Shown one piece after another: positions 21,880 through 37,560 of a stretch of 64,000 bases of DNA (positions within the stretch are counted from its first letter, which is position 1; each line of letters begins with the position of its first letter). Below the pieces are notes generated by a model. The model was not told the DNA's origin, searched no databases, and worked only from the letters and a program-made list of their open reading frames with translations. The translations under genes and the position numbers were made by a program. The stretch comes from the human T2T-CHM13v2.0 reference genome, Homo sapiens. The stretch is taken from the NCBI RefSeq assembly GCF_009914755.1, contig NC_060940.1, one strand, 5' to 3'.

Positions 21880-22357
21880 CTTAATTGGAGCAGATGCAAC
21901 ACATTACCCCAAAGCAAGAATACTCCATACTCTTCAAGTTCCTGTGGGCCAGGAATTCAGGAGAGGCTGAGCTGGGTTCTTGTGGCCCAGGGTCTCTGGC
22001 CTTACAGTCTAGGTTCCAGCCAGGCTGCAGTCACATGAAGGCTGACAGGCTGGAGAAACTGCTTCCATGGTGGTTGACTCATGTGACTGGCAAATTGGTC
22101 CCATCTAGTGGCAGGAGGCCCCAGTTCCTCACCTGATGGACTTGCCCATAGGCTGCTTGAGTGACCTCAGACATTATGACTGGCCACCTCCAGGGCAGGT
22201 GATCAAGAGAGATTCAGGCAGCAGCTCTCGTTTTTTGTGACTCAGCCGTGGAGATCATACAGCATCACTCCCACCACACTCTGTTTCTTACCGAGTCACA
22301 AAGCCTGGCCCACATTCAAGCAGGGGGACCATTGTAGACATGTTTGAAAGCCACCAT
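21880..22357 (-). mobile_element. MLT1-family MaLR LTR
   Basis: Motifs such as ggccaggaattcagg, ggctgcagtcacatgaaggc and ataggctgcttgagtg resemble MLT1G/H. Confidence 0.65.
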
Positions 22358-22839
22358 AGGAGCCTAGTTTAGGGATACATTTTCTTCATTAACCAGCATG
22401 GAGGTTCTGGCTTTAAACCTGTAGAGAGGGAAGTAACCCCAGCACACAGCTAAGCTCTGCAGGAGCGGCGCTCATGGTCAGAATCACGTGCTGCTTTTTC
22501 AGATCAACCTAAAGACTAGACGGTTGTGATTACACCTGAATGCCAATTTACTTTGACAGCATTTATAAAAACAATCATTGACAGAAGAGGAACTCATACC
22601 TATCAACAATTTAGAATCCCCCTCATCAGAGTCTTTAATATAACACCAATTGAAACATTAAAAAAAGGTTACTACTTATCCTTTTTCCTGGCTTTCCTAG
22701 CTCATGCTATAACAAAACGGAAGATGATTTGGATGTTTTAAAATAGTAGTGGTTAAATTCAGTGAAAGAAAGCTGGGTCAGGGTTTCTTTCAGCTTGAGG
22801 GTGATCATTAACCCTAAAAACTTTTTTCTCTCCTTACAG

Positions 22840-23061
22840 GTGGGTGGAATTAAAGACAAAGTGCTGGCGGCACACAGAGCGGGACTGAAGCAAGTCATTA
22901 TTCCTCGGAGAAATGAAAAAGACCTTGAGGGAATCCCAGGCAACGTACGACAGGATTTAAGTTTTGTCACAGCAAGCTGCCTGGATGAGGTTCTTAATGC
23001 AGCTTTTGATGGTGGCTTTACTGTCAAGACCAGACCTGGTCTGTTAAATAGCAAACTGTAG
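22840..23061 (+). CDS. LONP2: LONP2 last coding exon, with catalytic lysine and PTS1
   Basis: Acceptor tctccttacag|. Translates VGGIKDKVLAAHRAG...RPGLLNSKL*. The dyad Lys codon at 22858-22860 is 43 residues after the Ser; the terminal SKL is a type-1 peroxisomal targeting signal; TAG at 23059-23061. Confidence 0.98.
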   Translation: MGGIKDKVLAAHRAGLKQVIIPRRNEKDLEGIPGNVRQDLSFVTASCLDEVLNAAFDGGFTVKTRPGLLNSKL

Positions 23062-23186
23062 GTCCAAATCTCAATTTTTTAGAATTTTAAGTTATGAAGT
23101 GCTCAAAGGTACTGACACAGTTGATTTTATTCACACCATTAGGGGTATGCAAGATGTCCCTGTTTTATAAACATAATCACAACAGT

Positions 23187-23192
23187 AATAAA
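23187..23192 (+). terminator. Proximal poly(A) signal candidate for LONP2
   Basis: AATAAA 126 nt after the stop, followed by GT/T-rich sequence. Further AATAAA at 28269, 28459 and 29103 could serve longer 3'UTRs. Confidence 0.5.
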
Positions 23193-23309
23193 CCTCAAGT
23201 AGTGGCTAGTGTTTAGTATAGAAATATAAGATGTTGATTTAGTAAACTGATAAAAATCGAATTCTTGTCTTTTTAGTGGGATCCTTACTGTCCCTGGAAA
23301 GATATAGCA

Positions 23310-23494
23310 TAGTGGTTCTCAGCACAGTCTCCAGAACAGAAGCATCTGTAGTACCTGGTAACTTGTTAGAAATGTACATTCTCAGGCTCCACAGCAGGCC
23401 GCCTGAATCAAATCCTGGGAGGTGGGGACAGAAATCTGTGTTTTAAGAAGCCTTCCAGGTAATTCTGCTGCACACTCAAGTTCAGGAACCACCG
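23310..23494. mobile_element. MER5A hAT-Charlie MITE downstream of the LONP2 stop
   Basis: TIRs agtggttctca / ggaaccacc and the typical cttgttagaaatg and aatctgtgttttaa body. Confidence 0.8.
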
Positions 23495-23622
23495 GTATAG
23501 ACCATTACCTTAGTGGATTTACCTGTAGAGTTTATTGGATCCTGAAACCAATCAATTACTTAGAACTAGGCAAAGATGAAAGTATAGCCAACTATTCTTG
23601 GCTATATATATATATTCAAGTG

Positions 23623-25765
<2,143 letters not shown>

Positions 25766-25951
25766 TTACATGCATTTTTTATCACCACAAACTGAAACTC
25801 TGTACCCACTGAAAAAGAGCTCCAAATTCCACCCTCACCCCAGACCCTGGTAACCACTATTTCACTTTCTTTCTGAATTTCCCTTCATATGAGTGGGATC
25901 AAACAAGAGTTGTCCTTTTATGTTTAGCATTCTTACTTAGCAAGCCATCAA

Positions 25952-26103
25952 CTGCTCGAACAGTCACTGGGGCAACTACTTTTCGCCCAGTGTCCTCCAG
26001 AAAAGAAAGATCTGGAGGGTCAGGCCACTCTTTTTCTTCAAAATAATGGGGTGCAGAAGGGTAGGGATGAACCTCTTCCTCCTTTGCCACTTTAGCTTTA
26101 GCT
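25952..26103 (-). mobile_element. Isolated HERV-K-class (HML-3/HERVK9-like) gag fragment
   Basis: Open frame AKAKVAKEEEVHPYPSAPHYFEEKEWPDPPDLSFLEDTGRKVVAPVTVRA, which I recognise as betaretroviral Gag with a PSAP late-domain motif. No LTR nearby. Confidence 0.75.
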
Positions 26104-26443
26104 CAAAGGAACTCCAACTTTTTATTATTTGCAACAGTTAGCTTTCTTTGTTTCACATCTCTGCCTTGCAGAACCATGACCTATCAAGGTGTTTTGTCAA
26201 ACAAAAACTAATACTTTCCCTGGGAAAAAGCCATGTGGTAGCAAGTACCAGAAATTTTTATGGCCAAATAATACACCACTATATCCATAGACCGCATTTG
26301 GTTTATCCACTCATCTGCTGATTGTTTCCCCCTCTTGGGTATTATGAGTAATGCTATGAACATGGGTGTACACATCTCTCTTGAAGTCCCTTCTTAGGTC
26401 CTTTAGGGATACATATCCAGGAGCAGAACTACTAGATCACATA

Positions 26444-26808
26444 TGCTAAGGTCTGAATGTCCCCCCACCAAATTCGTATGTTGAAGCAACCACCAACGTG
26501 ATAGGTGAGGCTTTAGGAGGTGATTATGTCATGAGAGCTCCATCCTCATTAATGGATTTAGTGCCTTTATAAAGGGGCTCAAGGGAACCAATTACCTCCT
26601 TTTTGCCCTTCGATTCCCTTCCACCATATGAGGACACAGCAACAGGCCCCGTCCTAGAAGCTGAGACTGGGCCCTCAATAGATGATACCAGTCTGCCAGC
26701 ACGCTGATCGTGGGCTTCTCAGTCTTCACAACTATGAGAAATAAATTCGTACTTTTAAATTACCCAGTCTCAGGTATTCTGTTACGGTTAACACAAATGA
26801 CTAAGACA
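26444..26808 (+). mobile_element. MSTD/MLT1A-type MaLR solo LTR
   Basis: Starts tgctaaggtctgaatgtcccc, has an internal AATAAA, and ends gactaagaca. Confidence 0.85.
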
Positions 26809-29797
26809 ACAGGATAATTCTGTTTAACTTTTTGAGAACTGCCAAACTTTTCCACCGCAGCTGCACCATTTGACATTCCTTCCAGCAATGCACAAATGTT
26901 CCAGTTTCTCCACATCCTTGCCAGCACTCATTTTCTGGGTTTTTTATAATAGCCCTCCAAATGGGTGTGACGTATTTTGATTCTATGTCCCTAATGACTA
27001 GTGATGTTGAGCATTTTCTAGCATTGATTTTTAAGATGTTACCCAAAGACCCCTTGTATCAAAATAAGCTGGATTTTTTTATTGAAAATTATTAACTCTA
27101 GAAATTTTAGTTTAAACTAGACTTAGGGATATGTGTATTTTACCGGTATTCCACGTTTTATGCATGGGTTTTTAAAACTTCTCAAGTATTAAAACTAAAA
27201 GCTTTAGGTGCTTTGCTTATCAAGAAATCCTACACTGTCCACTGGAGACATCCATGTTTTTACTTGGCTCTGCCCCTTTAGTGGTCCCTGTGAACCTTAC
27301 CTCAAACCATGCATCTGGGGCAGAGATCCTTACTTGCTTGGTGGTTACAAATGCAAATACAGTGAAGAATGTCATCTTTGTGATTGTTCCTGAAATAGTT
27401 CACGAGAAATCCATGACCGTAAAGTACTGTGATAGTGATGTCTACCACTGTGAGCTTCCAGTACTAGGTGATTGGTCTGCATTCACAGTGACCAAAATCA
27501 GCTATGTGGCCAGGTAATTCACTGCTGAGGGCTTTGGATTTTCCTTTATGAACTACTGAAATGAGGTCAACTTGACTATTACTAAGGGACATTTTGCTAC
27601 AAAGAATGTTAGTTTTGCCAATTCCCTTTCCAAATCTAAAATTTATTTTAACCAGGATTTTAGATGTAAACATCAAGTAGTTTTGGTTGTTTCAATGAAG
27701 TAACATGTTTAAGCTCACATTATTTGAAGTACTTCAGTTCCTATTGCCATGAAAATTGTATCCAGCAGCTAAAAAAAAAAAAAAAAAAAAAGACTACAGT
27801 TAGTCATTATCCAATTTGATGATTTATGGTCCAACACTAATGCTCATTTTTTTTGTTTGTTTTACAAACATTTGGTGGATACCACAATGAAAACTGCACT
27901 TAAAAAACAAAAATGCTGAAAGAGGAAGGAAATATCAAAAAGGTCTGAATAGACAACAGGCAAATATGGTGAGTGGTCATTGAGATGTTTTAAAAGTTAC
28001 AGCAAAAGGACTTCTAAAACAATTTTAGGAAAAGCTTTGTCATGAAAATTCATTTCTTTGGAAATACTGTAGTTTGTACTTAATGACACTGTCAGCACAT
28101 TTCTAGGCAATACAAACTCTTGAGGCTAAATCCTCATCCTGACATGACAGTGCAAGCCTGTCAAAATGTGACCCCAAAACCAGGTGTCCTTTTGCTCCAT
28201 TATTTATATCTGTAAACCTGTTATTATTTTCAGAATTCAGAAAGGCCTAAGAAAATTACATCTATGATAATAAAGTGTATTTCTTTGTCAAGTTTCTAGA
28301 GCTATATAAGGATAGCGAAAATATTTGGTTCAGCAAGACACTGGGGTATCAAGTCAGGCATAATAAGCACTTTATAGCACATCTAGCCTTCCTCATTCCC
28401 TTACGCAGTGGACATCATACCCTTTTGTGGAGGAGGGACCAGGCAGAGAAGGTATTTAAATAAAAACTGGTAGATACAGAGTCAGAAGTCAACCCAGGCA
28501 GTTAGAATCTACAACCCACACTGTTTGCCACCAAATCTTAGTAGATGCTTGATAAGGAATTTTGTTTGGATGGTGCCATTTTTAGATAAACGTACGTTTC
28601 TTTTGGTAAATTCAGGTTAGGATCATAAGCAGTAAACTACCAAATACTCCTTTGTGCTTTGAACATGCACACTGGATGAGTGGGGAGGGGAATGACAAAG
28701 CTTCAAACTCCGGGTCTCTGTAACACTCTATCTGTACCTTTCATGTTTAACCTACACAAATACCACAGTCCTGCGTGGTAGTTCACACACACTATTCACC
28801 CTGTCGAGTTTCGACATTACTTTTATGTCCATTCTAATGCAGCAGTCACAGACTGACCCCCCAGGTATGTTGGATTTGATCCATTATTTTCTTAATTTGG
28901 ATTACTTACCAATTCTTCTAATCAGGAGTGTGAATGAAATAGAATTCTACCATTAGTAGAATCACTGCAGATGTTTCTAAATATGAAGAGCTTTTGGGGG
29001 TTGGAGGCAGCACACTATTATTTTGGTGAGCTAAGCTATCTACAGCCACTTACATACGTTTGAAGTTTGCAGAAAGGTGGGTCTTAAAATCATACATATT
29101 ACAATAAAAATTACTCACAAAGGAAAAACTGTTCCCCAAAAATTAACACACCAAACTGGCCCATGATTAAATAGGACAATTTCAAGTTTAAGGGTATAAA
29201 AGCAATAGAACAAAGTTAATAAGTATCTCCCATACCTACCCCATGTACAGCCTCCTGAAAGACACCAAAAATAAGAAATGGAGGAAGTCTTCGTTATAAC
29301 AAGCAATTTCAGGACAAGAGTTATGCCTCATAAATCAAATGTGTAATGGACCAAGAAATATGGCTATAGATCTTACCTCTATAGGCTAAGAATATGAAGA
29401 CCCAAATGCAAATAGTTAATACTAAAATGTCAAGCTTATTAACTGTTAAACACAAAATGTACTACCTTAATTTGCTTAAATTAGCAAAACATGAGGTGAA
29501 AATGAAAATGGAAAACTTCACACAGTTACTGGTGTCCTCTGGAACCTCTCCAGAAAGCAATGATGAAGTGTGTAAAAAATAATCCCAAGAATATAAACAG
29601 AAAACATACAGGTATGTTCATGGTTTACTTATATCCAGCAAGAACCTAGGTAAAATTACAGTGAATCCTCAAACTAACAAAAATTATTTTTCCAAGATTA
29701 TTAAAGTGGTGAAACACTCAGATGACCATGTTGTGTGATGAAAGGCCTACAAGGTAATACATAAAAGGGCTCCCAATATCTTTGAAAATAAACATGT

Positions 29798-31021
<1,224 letters not shown>

Positions 31022-31789
31022 TTATGTAAGGAAGAGACTACACAATCATCTTTTCTGAAAATGGATAACAGAAATAAACTCTTATCCAAAATTATCCAGA
31101 ATCAGTGGTGGGATAAGGGTGAAGCCCAAATTTTCATTGACTTTCTAGGCTTACAGTACCCATAAAAACCACACAAAATTCTCTTTCACCATTCAGAAGG
31201 CAATTTCAGAATCTTGCCATGTGCCTCAAAGTAATTAGCAACAGTTAACTACATGGTACTGAAGGCATAATGGTAGCTAACATTCGCTGGATGCTGATAT
31301 GAGCAAAGCACTGTTTCAGGTAACATACCTGTACCCCATTTAAAGGTTTTAAGTATCTACCATAATTTAACCCCACTTTACACATTAGGAAACTGGGGCC
31401 CAAGGTCACACAGCTGGTTAGTGGGGTAGAGCCGAGACTGGCACTTAGGTGCCTGGAAGTCTGGTTGCAGAACCAAGGCTCTTAGCCACTAGGCTATGAA
31501 ATAGTGAATTTATTATATCATTGTGCTTTTTTAAAGAGGTGAAAAGTGGTCAGCATTTTAGTCATTCTCCTGACAGTTGTAAGAATCAAAATGTGGGCAA
31601 GAGGGGCAGGGCATGGGAAAGACTAATCCAGAGGCCATATACCCAGTTATTTGCTGTGATTAGAGTTAAGTCTACCGCACTTAAAAATGACAACACACAG
31701 CTTTCTGCTATATAATTAAAGTATGGAATGAAACAGGAAAATAACTTCGGATTTTATCAAACTTAGAGCTAAAGCAGACACAGTAAGAT

Positions 31790-32837
31790 TTTTTTAATTT
31801 GCCAGATATTCTTTTAATGAGAATTATAAAAGACCAAAAACATTTTTTGCAAACTGCCTTTTTAAACAAATGATTTGCTTTTAATTACAAATACTGTGCA
31901 TGACGATGCCTTCTTCTGCAAAACCAATAAATACAAGAACAAATTTTAAAATATGTGATTTGTCCAAGATATCTGAAAAAGGAAACAAAAGCCTGATTTG
32001 CAGTATTTATAAAAATCAATTTATTCTCTAACCTTTCAAAGATTAAGCTCAAAGGTGTGACTCATCTGTAGAAGACAGAAAGAGAGCACCTTATAGATGC
32101 TTTAAATAGCTTTTGATTATTTTTCCGATGTCACCTTTACTTTCTGGAACTCATGGCTTCACAAAATAGCTGATTTTAAAATATTTCTAATGAACTGATT
32201 AATGGGGGAAAAGAAAATATTGAACACGTTATAAATTTTTTACCATAAACAAATATGCATATCAAAAGATACTAACTTTAAAATGGTACAAAAAAAGGAA
32301 AAACCTGAATTACAGAAAAGTCAAATTTATTTAATGAAAAACTAAAATTAATAAAAATTAGCAAATACACACAAAAAAAGCACACAGCAGCACTATGTAT
32401 TGACTCACAAAGGGAAAAGCAGTGGCCCATGACCACTCAAGATGGCTTGTCAGTTAAAGGAAAAAAACCCAAACACGCACACACCCACGCAGGCACACAC
32501 TCCCACGCAAAAACAAACTTTTTCAACAATACAATCAATCTACAACAAACACAAAACTCAGAATTATTTTACAATGCTTCCTTTCTTAATACAAAAGATG
32601 CCCATCTTGGGTGTATATACATATATTTTTTCAGTGGTTTACTGTTGACTTATTTTTAAATATATTAGTGTTACTACATGCAACTGTTTCCTGTATTTAA
32701 CAGCCTTTCTTTTTATTTACCTTCATGTGTCTAGCTTCCACCTACCGAAAGAGTTTTAGGTTGGCAGACAGATGGGTGCCTTATTTTCTGTGAAACTGAA
32801 GTTTTAAACACTGGCCAGAAAATGTTTGATTGCCATT
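31790..32837 (-). other. SIAH1: SIAH1 3'UTR with alternative poly(A) signals
   Basis: Repeat-free and U-rich on the - strand. AATAAA at 32326-32331 and 32020-32025, ATTAAA at 31813-31818. The 3' end is inferred. Confidence 0.75.
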
Positions 32838-33686
32838 TCAACACATGGAAATAGTTACATTGATGCCTAAATTGCCATTTTCTGCAAAAAGCTGTGCAAT
32901 GCTGGTGTCAAAGACTAGACAGTCGCTATTCATAATGGCTGTTGCAATTCCTTCATGAATAGATCGAGGAGTCGCTTCCCAAGTCAATCGTCGCCTATGA
33001 CCATTTAGCTCAAGTCGGTAAGCAAAATTTTCAGCTTGCTTGCGTGTTCCTATCAGCTGTACGATTGCGAAGAACTGCTGGTGACCATCGTATTTTTCCT
33101 GTTTCTCTAAGACTAACATGAAGTGAAAGCCAAAACAGGACTGCATCATCACCCAGTCAACAGCACCAGGAAGATTAATGTCTGTAGCAAGAAAAACTAT
33201 ATCCTCTCCCTGTAGGGTTGTAATGGACTTATGCTGATGCATCAGATGGGGCATTACAGCATCCAGAGAGCCTTGCCATTTACAGGAAGCACCAGGGCAC
33301 GGACAGGAATAAGGCCTAAACTCACAGAGCTCTTCATGGTCTGCTTTTTCTGTGTGTGGCAGAGTTATTTCACATCCAGAAGACGCATATTTACAGGGGA
33401 AAAGTACTGAATTAGCCACTTTCTCCATAGCCAAGTTGCGAATGGATCCCAAAGGGCCCCGGCAAGTTGGACAACATGTGAGCTTTGGGCGACAGTTGCT
33501 ACAAACAAGATGGCCACTCTGACATTGAAGAATGGGCGGTAACACATAGTCAAAGCAGACTGGACACTCAAAAAGACTCGCCAAGTCATTGTTGGATGCA
33601 GTTGTGCCAGTCAGGGCAGGCACCCTCTGGGATGGTGGACACTTCGAGGTACCGGTAGGTAATGCTGTAGCAGTCTGACGGCTCAT
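32838..33686 (-). CDS. SIAH1: SIAH1 E3 ubiquitin ligase, 282 aa, intronless CDS
   Basis: [10 protein letters not shown]...VTISMC*. Contains the RING (CPVC...[11 protein letters not shown]...CPTC), two SIAH zinc fingers and the substrate-binding domain. Acceptor tttatttcAG|aaATG, with the exon starting at 33688. Confidence 0.99.
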   Translation of the reverse strand: MSRQTATALPTGTSKCPPSQRVPALTGTTASNNDLASLFECPVCFDYVLPPILQCQSGHLVCSNCRPKLTCCPTCRGPLGSIRNLAMEKVANSVLFPCKYASSGCEITLPHTEKADHEELCEFRPYSCPCPGASCKWQGSLDAVMPHLMHQHKSITTLQGEDIVFLATDINLPGAVDWVMMQSCFGFHFMLVLEKQEKYDGHQQFFAIVQLIGTRKQAENFAYRLELNGHRRRLTWEATPRSIHEGIATAIMNSDCLVFDTSIAQLFAENGNLGINVTISMC

Positions 33687-34137
33687 TTCTGAAATAAATA
33701 CATAAGGAGGCAGGAGAAAAATAATTATAACCATGACTTACTTTATAAATAATGTTTACATGCCATAAGTCCTTTTAAAGTTTCATACAAAATTTACTGA
33801 GCAAAAGAGGAAGAAAAATAGGATTAAAAAAGATATTAAAAAAATAAAATTACACTGAATGTGCACTTTATTAGGATCTGTACACTGGATAAGCTCTCTT
33901 TTCAAAATGTTCCGGAAAACATGTGGAACTCCCTTAATCGTCTTTGGATAGACTACATAGAATAATAAATGCTAAAATAGAAAATGGACCATAAACAACT
34001 AAAGAAACTATACAAGGAACTGAAGTTTAATCGAATCCGTTTTGCTAGGACTCTCCCTGAGGCTCCCTTACTCTATTTCTTTCTAATTTGGAGTCAGCTG
34101 TTGATAGGTACAGGGAGTTACAGGTGAACTCCTGTAT

Positions 34138-34428
34138 AAAATCGGCACTCTGTATCCACACGGTCTGCATCCGAGGACTTCACCAGCCATGGATTGAAAA
34201 TATTCAGAAAAATTTATAAAGAATACAAAATTTTTAAAATACAGTCTATAACAACTATTTACATATTGTTTACATTGTATTAAGTAATCCAGAGATCACT
34301 TAAATTATACAAGAGAATATGCACATACAAATATGACACCATTTTCTATCAGGGACTTGAGCATCCTCAGGTTTTGGTATGGAGAAGGGGGTCCTAGAAC
34401 TAATCCGAGGATACCGCGGATTGAATGT
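34138..34428 (+). mobile_element. MER2 (Tigger-family) DNA transposon fragment
   Basis: tcggcactctgtatcc...tgcatcc...ggattgaaaatattc start and atcagggacttgagcatcc...ggatacc end. Confidence 0.75.
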
Positions 34429-34933
34429 AGTTCCAATGCCAAAGAATCAGAGTATCACCTTCCATTAACTCTTCTTAATGGTAAGCAATTATCTACTCTA
34501 GAGGTGTATTTTGGAAATGAGGGGAAGGGTCACAAGGGGAAAGGTCTGCTGCCATCCCATTATCCATCTCTATCTAATTAAGTCTTCCCCCCAAATTATC
34601 ACCAGCCAGGTATTAATCTTATTTCCTACTGATCAGTGCCCACCTCAAGAGTGAGGGGATGTACTCGCTAGTGAAGGTGGCGAAAATATAAAAATAAATA
34701 AAAACACAACTAAGGTGAAGTGAGGCATGGGAGAAATGGAGGGCCATCTCAAAACTTTTTAGTCTGGTAGAGAAAGTATATCTTTCTGTTCTACTTTCAA
34801 TCCACAATATGTGTCAGACATAATGAACAAAGGAGGACAGTCAGGAAGAGACAATGAAAAAGGAAAGAATAAAGATGATAGCACGGCAGAGATATATGCC
34901 ATACTGGGGGTGGGGGATGGAGTCAACAGGTGA

Positions 34934-35499
<566 letters not shown>

Positions 35500-36645
35500 C
35501 TAATCCATATTACAAAATTAAAGCCTCAAAATTAATGTTTTATCTCAATTATAGTCATTCTGTTGCAAGGAACTTTTAAGAAGCAATGTTGGTTACCAAT
35601 GTGACCAAATAAATGCAACTTAGGTTTAGATTACCCAAGTGGTTACCAACTGATAGCTTAAATGAGGGCTGAGGGTGACGGAAAAAATAAAGATTAATTC
35701 CACGTCACTAAACGGGTATTTTAAAGTTCCAGAGGCAACAAAAGTGACAATTCCATCGTAATGTGTCTCATCATATGGACTCAGAACATGAATCAACTCT
35801 CAATCTGAAGCCCAGTGTGACCCAGGTATTCTGTCCCCTGACAAAGGACTATAAGGGAGCTCTCCTGTAATCCAGTTTCCCTCTCAGTAGATTCTTTGTA
35901 CATATGACATCCATTTTATGTCACTTGTAAAACAGTGGGCTCAGCATTGCCAAAACACCCTGGCTGTATGCTGTATGCCTACTGCATGGTCCAGTTTACT
36001 TCAGTAAGCAGCGTAACAATTACAAAGTGGTTCCTTGGGCAAAAAACAGTCTAGTCAACCAATGCCTTTCAAATTACTAAATCAAACCAAAGAATCACAT
36101 CCAAGGGCAGTAAACTCAGTTTATATTTAACACAATATAGCTACGGACCAAGCAAAACACTGTTGTTCACAATTTCTTGACCTAGCAATAGTTATACATT
36201 TATCAACAACAGTTCGGGCTCACATTACAATATATCTTTGCCATTTTCCAAACACTACAGAAAGCACATTTTAACTCCTATTCAAAGTGTGAAAAAGAAG
36301 CGAAATGTGAACGGTATTTCTTGGGAACGGAGGTATTACAGGACAGCAACTGCTAAAGCCTCTCAAAGCTCCAAGGGTGGAACCCAGCTCCATCTTGAAA
36401 CAGAAAAGGAATCCCAACCACACAGGCGCCCTGCAGTAGGAACCAAGGACAGCCCTGCAGAAGTCATGACGTAACCTGAAGTTTGATTTAAACAGAAAAA
36501 AGAACAGCAGCCCAAATGAAACATGACTGAGAACCTCGGAAACGTCTCGATTCTGCTGCAGCCATTCCCTAAGCCAGGCAGGTTCCACTGACTAATAGCG
36601 TTCAAGTTTCACAGCCTCAGCAAACCATCCTCTTAATGTCAATAC

Positions 36646-36736
36646 CTTTTCTCTTCCTTGTCCTGGCCGCTGGTAAACATGTGAACAAGACTCCCCTCCA
36701 GGAGTACAGAGAAGGTGGAGTAGCCTTTCCCGTCAT
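36646..36736 (-). CDS. SIAH1: SIAH1 alternative first exon, coding part (313-aa isoform)
   Basis: ATG at 36736 reads MTGKATPPSLYSWRGVLFTCLPAARTRKRK. Donor AAG|GTATTG; the 91 nt plus AA of the next exon give Glu, then the in-frame MSRQ (31+282=313 aa). Matches the long SIAH1 isoform as I recall it. Confidence 0.9.
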
Positions 36737-37079
36737 GAGAAGTCAGGCCACGCATTGCGTTTCCCCCAAGAAGTAAAGGAACAGGCCCCTCCTGGGCTCT
36801 TTCTGCTCCTAAGCACAGAAGACCCAAATTCGCGTCTGAGGTCAGGATCCAAATACCATTTACTTCTCAGAAGCACCAGTTACAGAGGTGGAGAAAGGAA
36901 GCCTTTCCATCCCCAGGAGGCAACCACACCTCCCTGTGAGCTCAAATTCGACTGCATCTCCAAAAATGGGAGCCACAGCTGCGCTGTCCTCCAATGTGCC
37001 CTAAGCTTTCGTCTGTCTCCCAAGTTTGTTTTCTCCAGATTCACTGGGTAGGGTCCTGCCCAGCTCCAGTGGAGGCCAC

Positions 37080-37560
37080 GGATGCAGGGGGCGACGCGCT
37101 GGCTGAGAAGGAAGTGCGCTCCCTGAGCCAGCTCAAGAGTTACTGCAGGAGCCTGCCTGCCGGGAGAGCCATTTGGAGCCTCGGCCGGGGCTGGGCCTGC
37201 GTTGGGAACGCCTACTCCAACCCGGGGCGCCAGGGCCAGTTCAGGGCGCGCGGCGCACAGGGCGGTGCCCGTCTTGCTCGCGCAAGGGTGGGGCCGTGCC
37301 CGCAAGCCCCGCCCCCCAGCCAAAGGCCGGGGGCGTGGGGGAGCCCCCGCCACCCCGCCGTTGACCCCATCCCACCCCAGCGACATCGAACCTTCCTCAG
37401 CATTTCCACCAGTTTAAAATTAGGTGGAACCACGCTATTTTCGGTAGGTCAGAACAGTCGAATATCGGCAGTTTCTTATGGTTTCGATCTAAGAGCTACA
37501 GCGTATCTGGGAAATGCGTGGCCACACTGGCGCTACGCTCCAGGTTTATCGTGCGAACTC
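37080..37560 (-). promoter_or_regulatory. Small intragenic CpG island, probable alternative SIAH1 promoter
   Basis: CpG-dense, GC-rich, non-repeat block with GC boxes (ccccgccccc near 37307), directly upstream of the alternative exon. Confidence 0.7.

Noticed and set aside
27435-27528. Possible C/D-box snoRNA (GTGATGT ... CTGA)
   Set aside because: The C box is imperfect, there is no terminal stem, and I see no recognisable rRNA guide.
33750-33930. p53 response element near the intronic SIAH1 ATG
   Set aside because: Only isolated imperfect half-sites (ttacatgcca, aaacatgtgg) are present, with no paired decamers.
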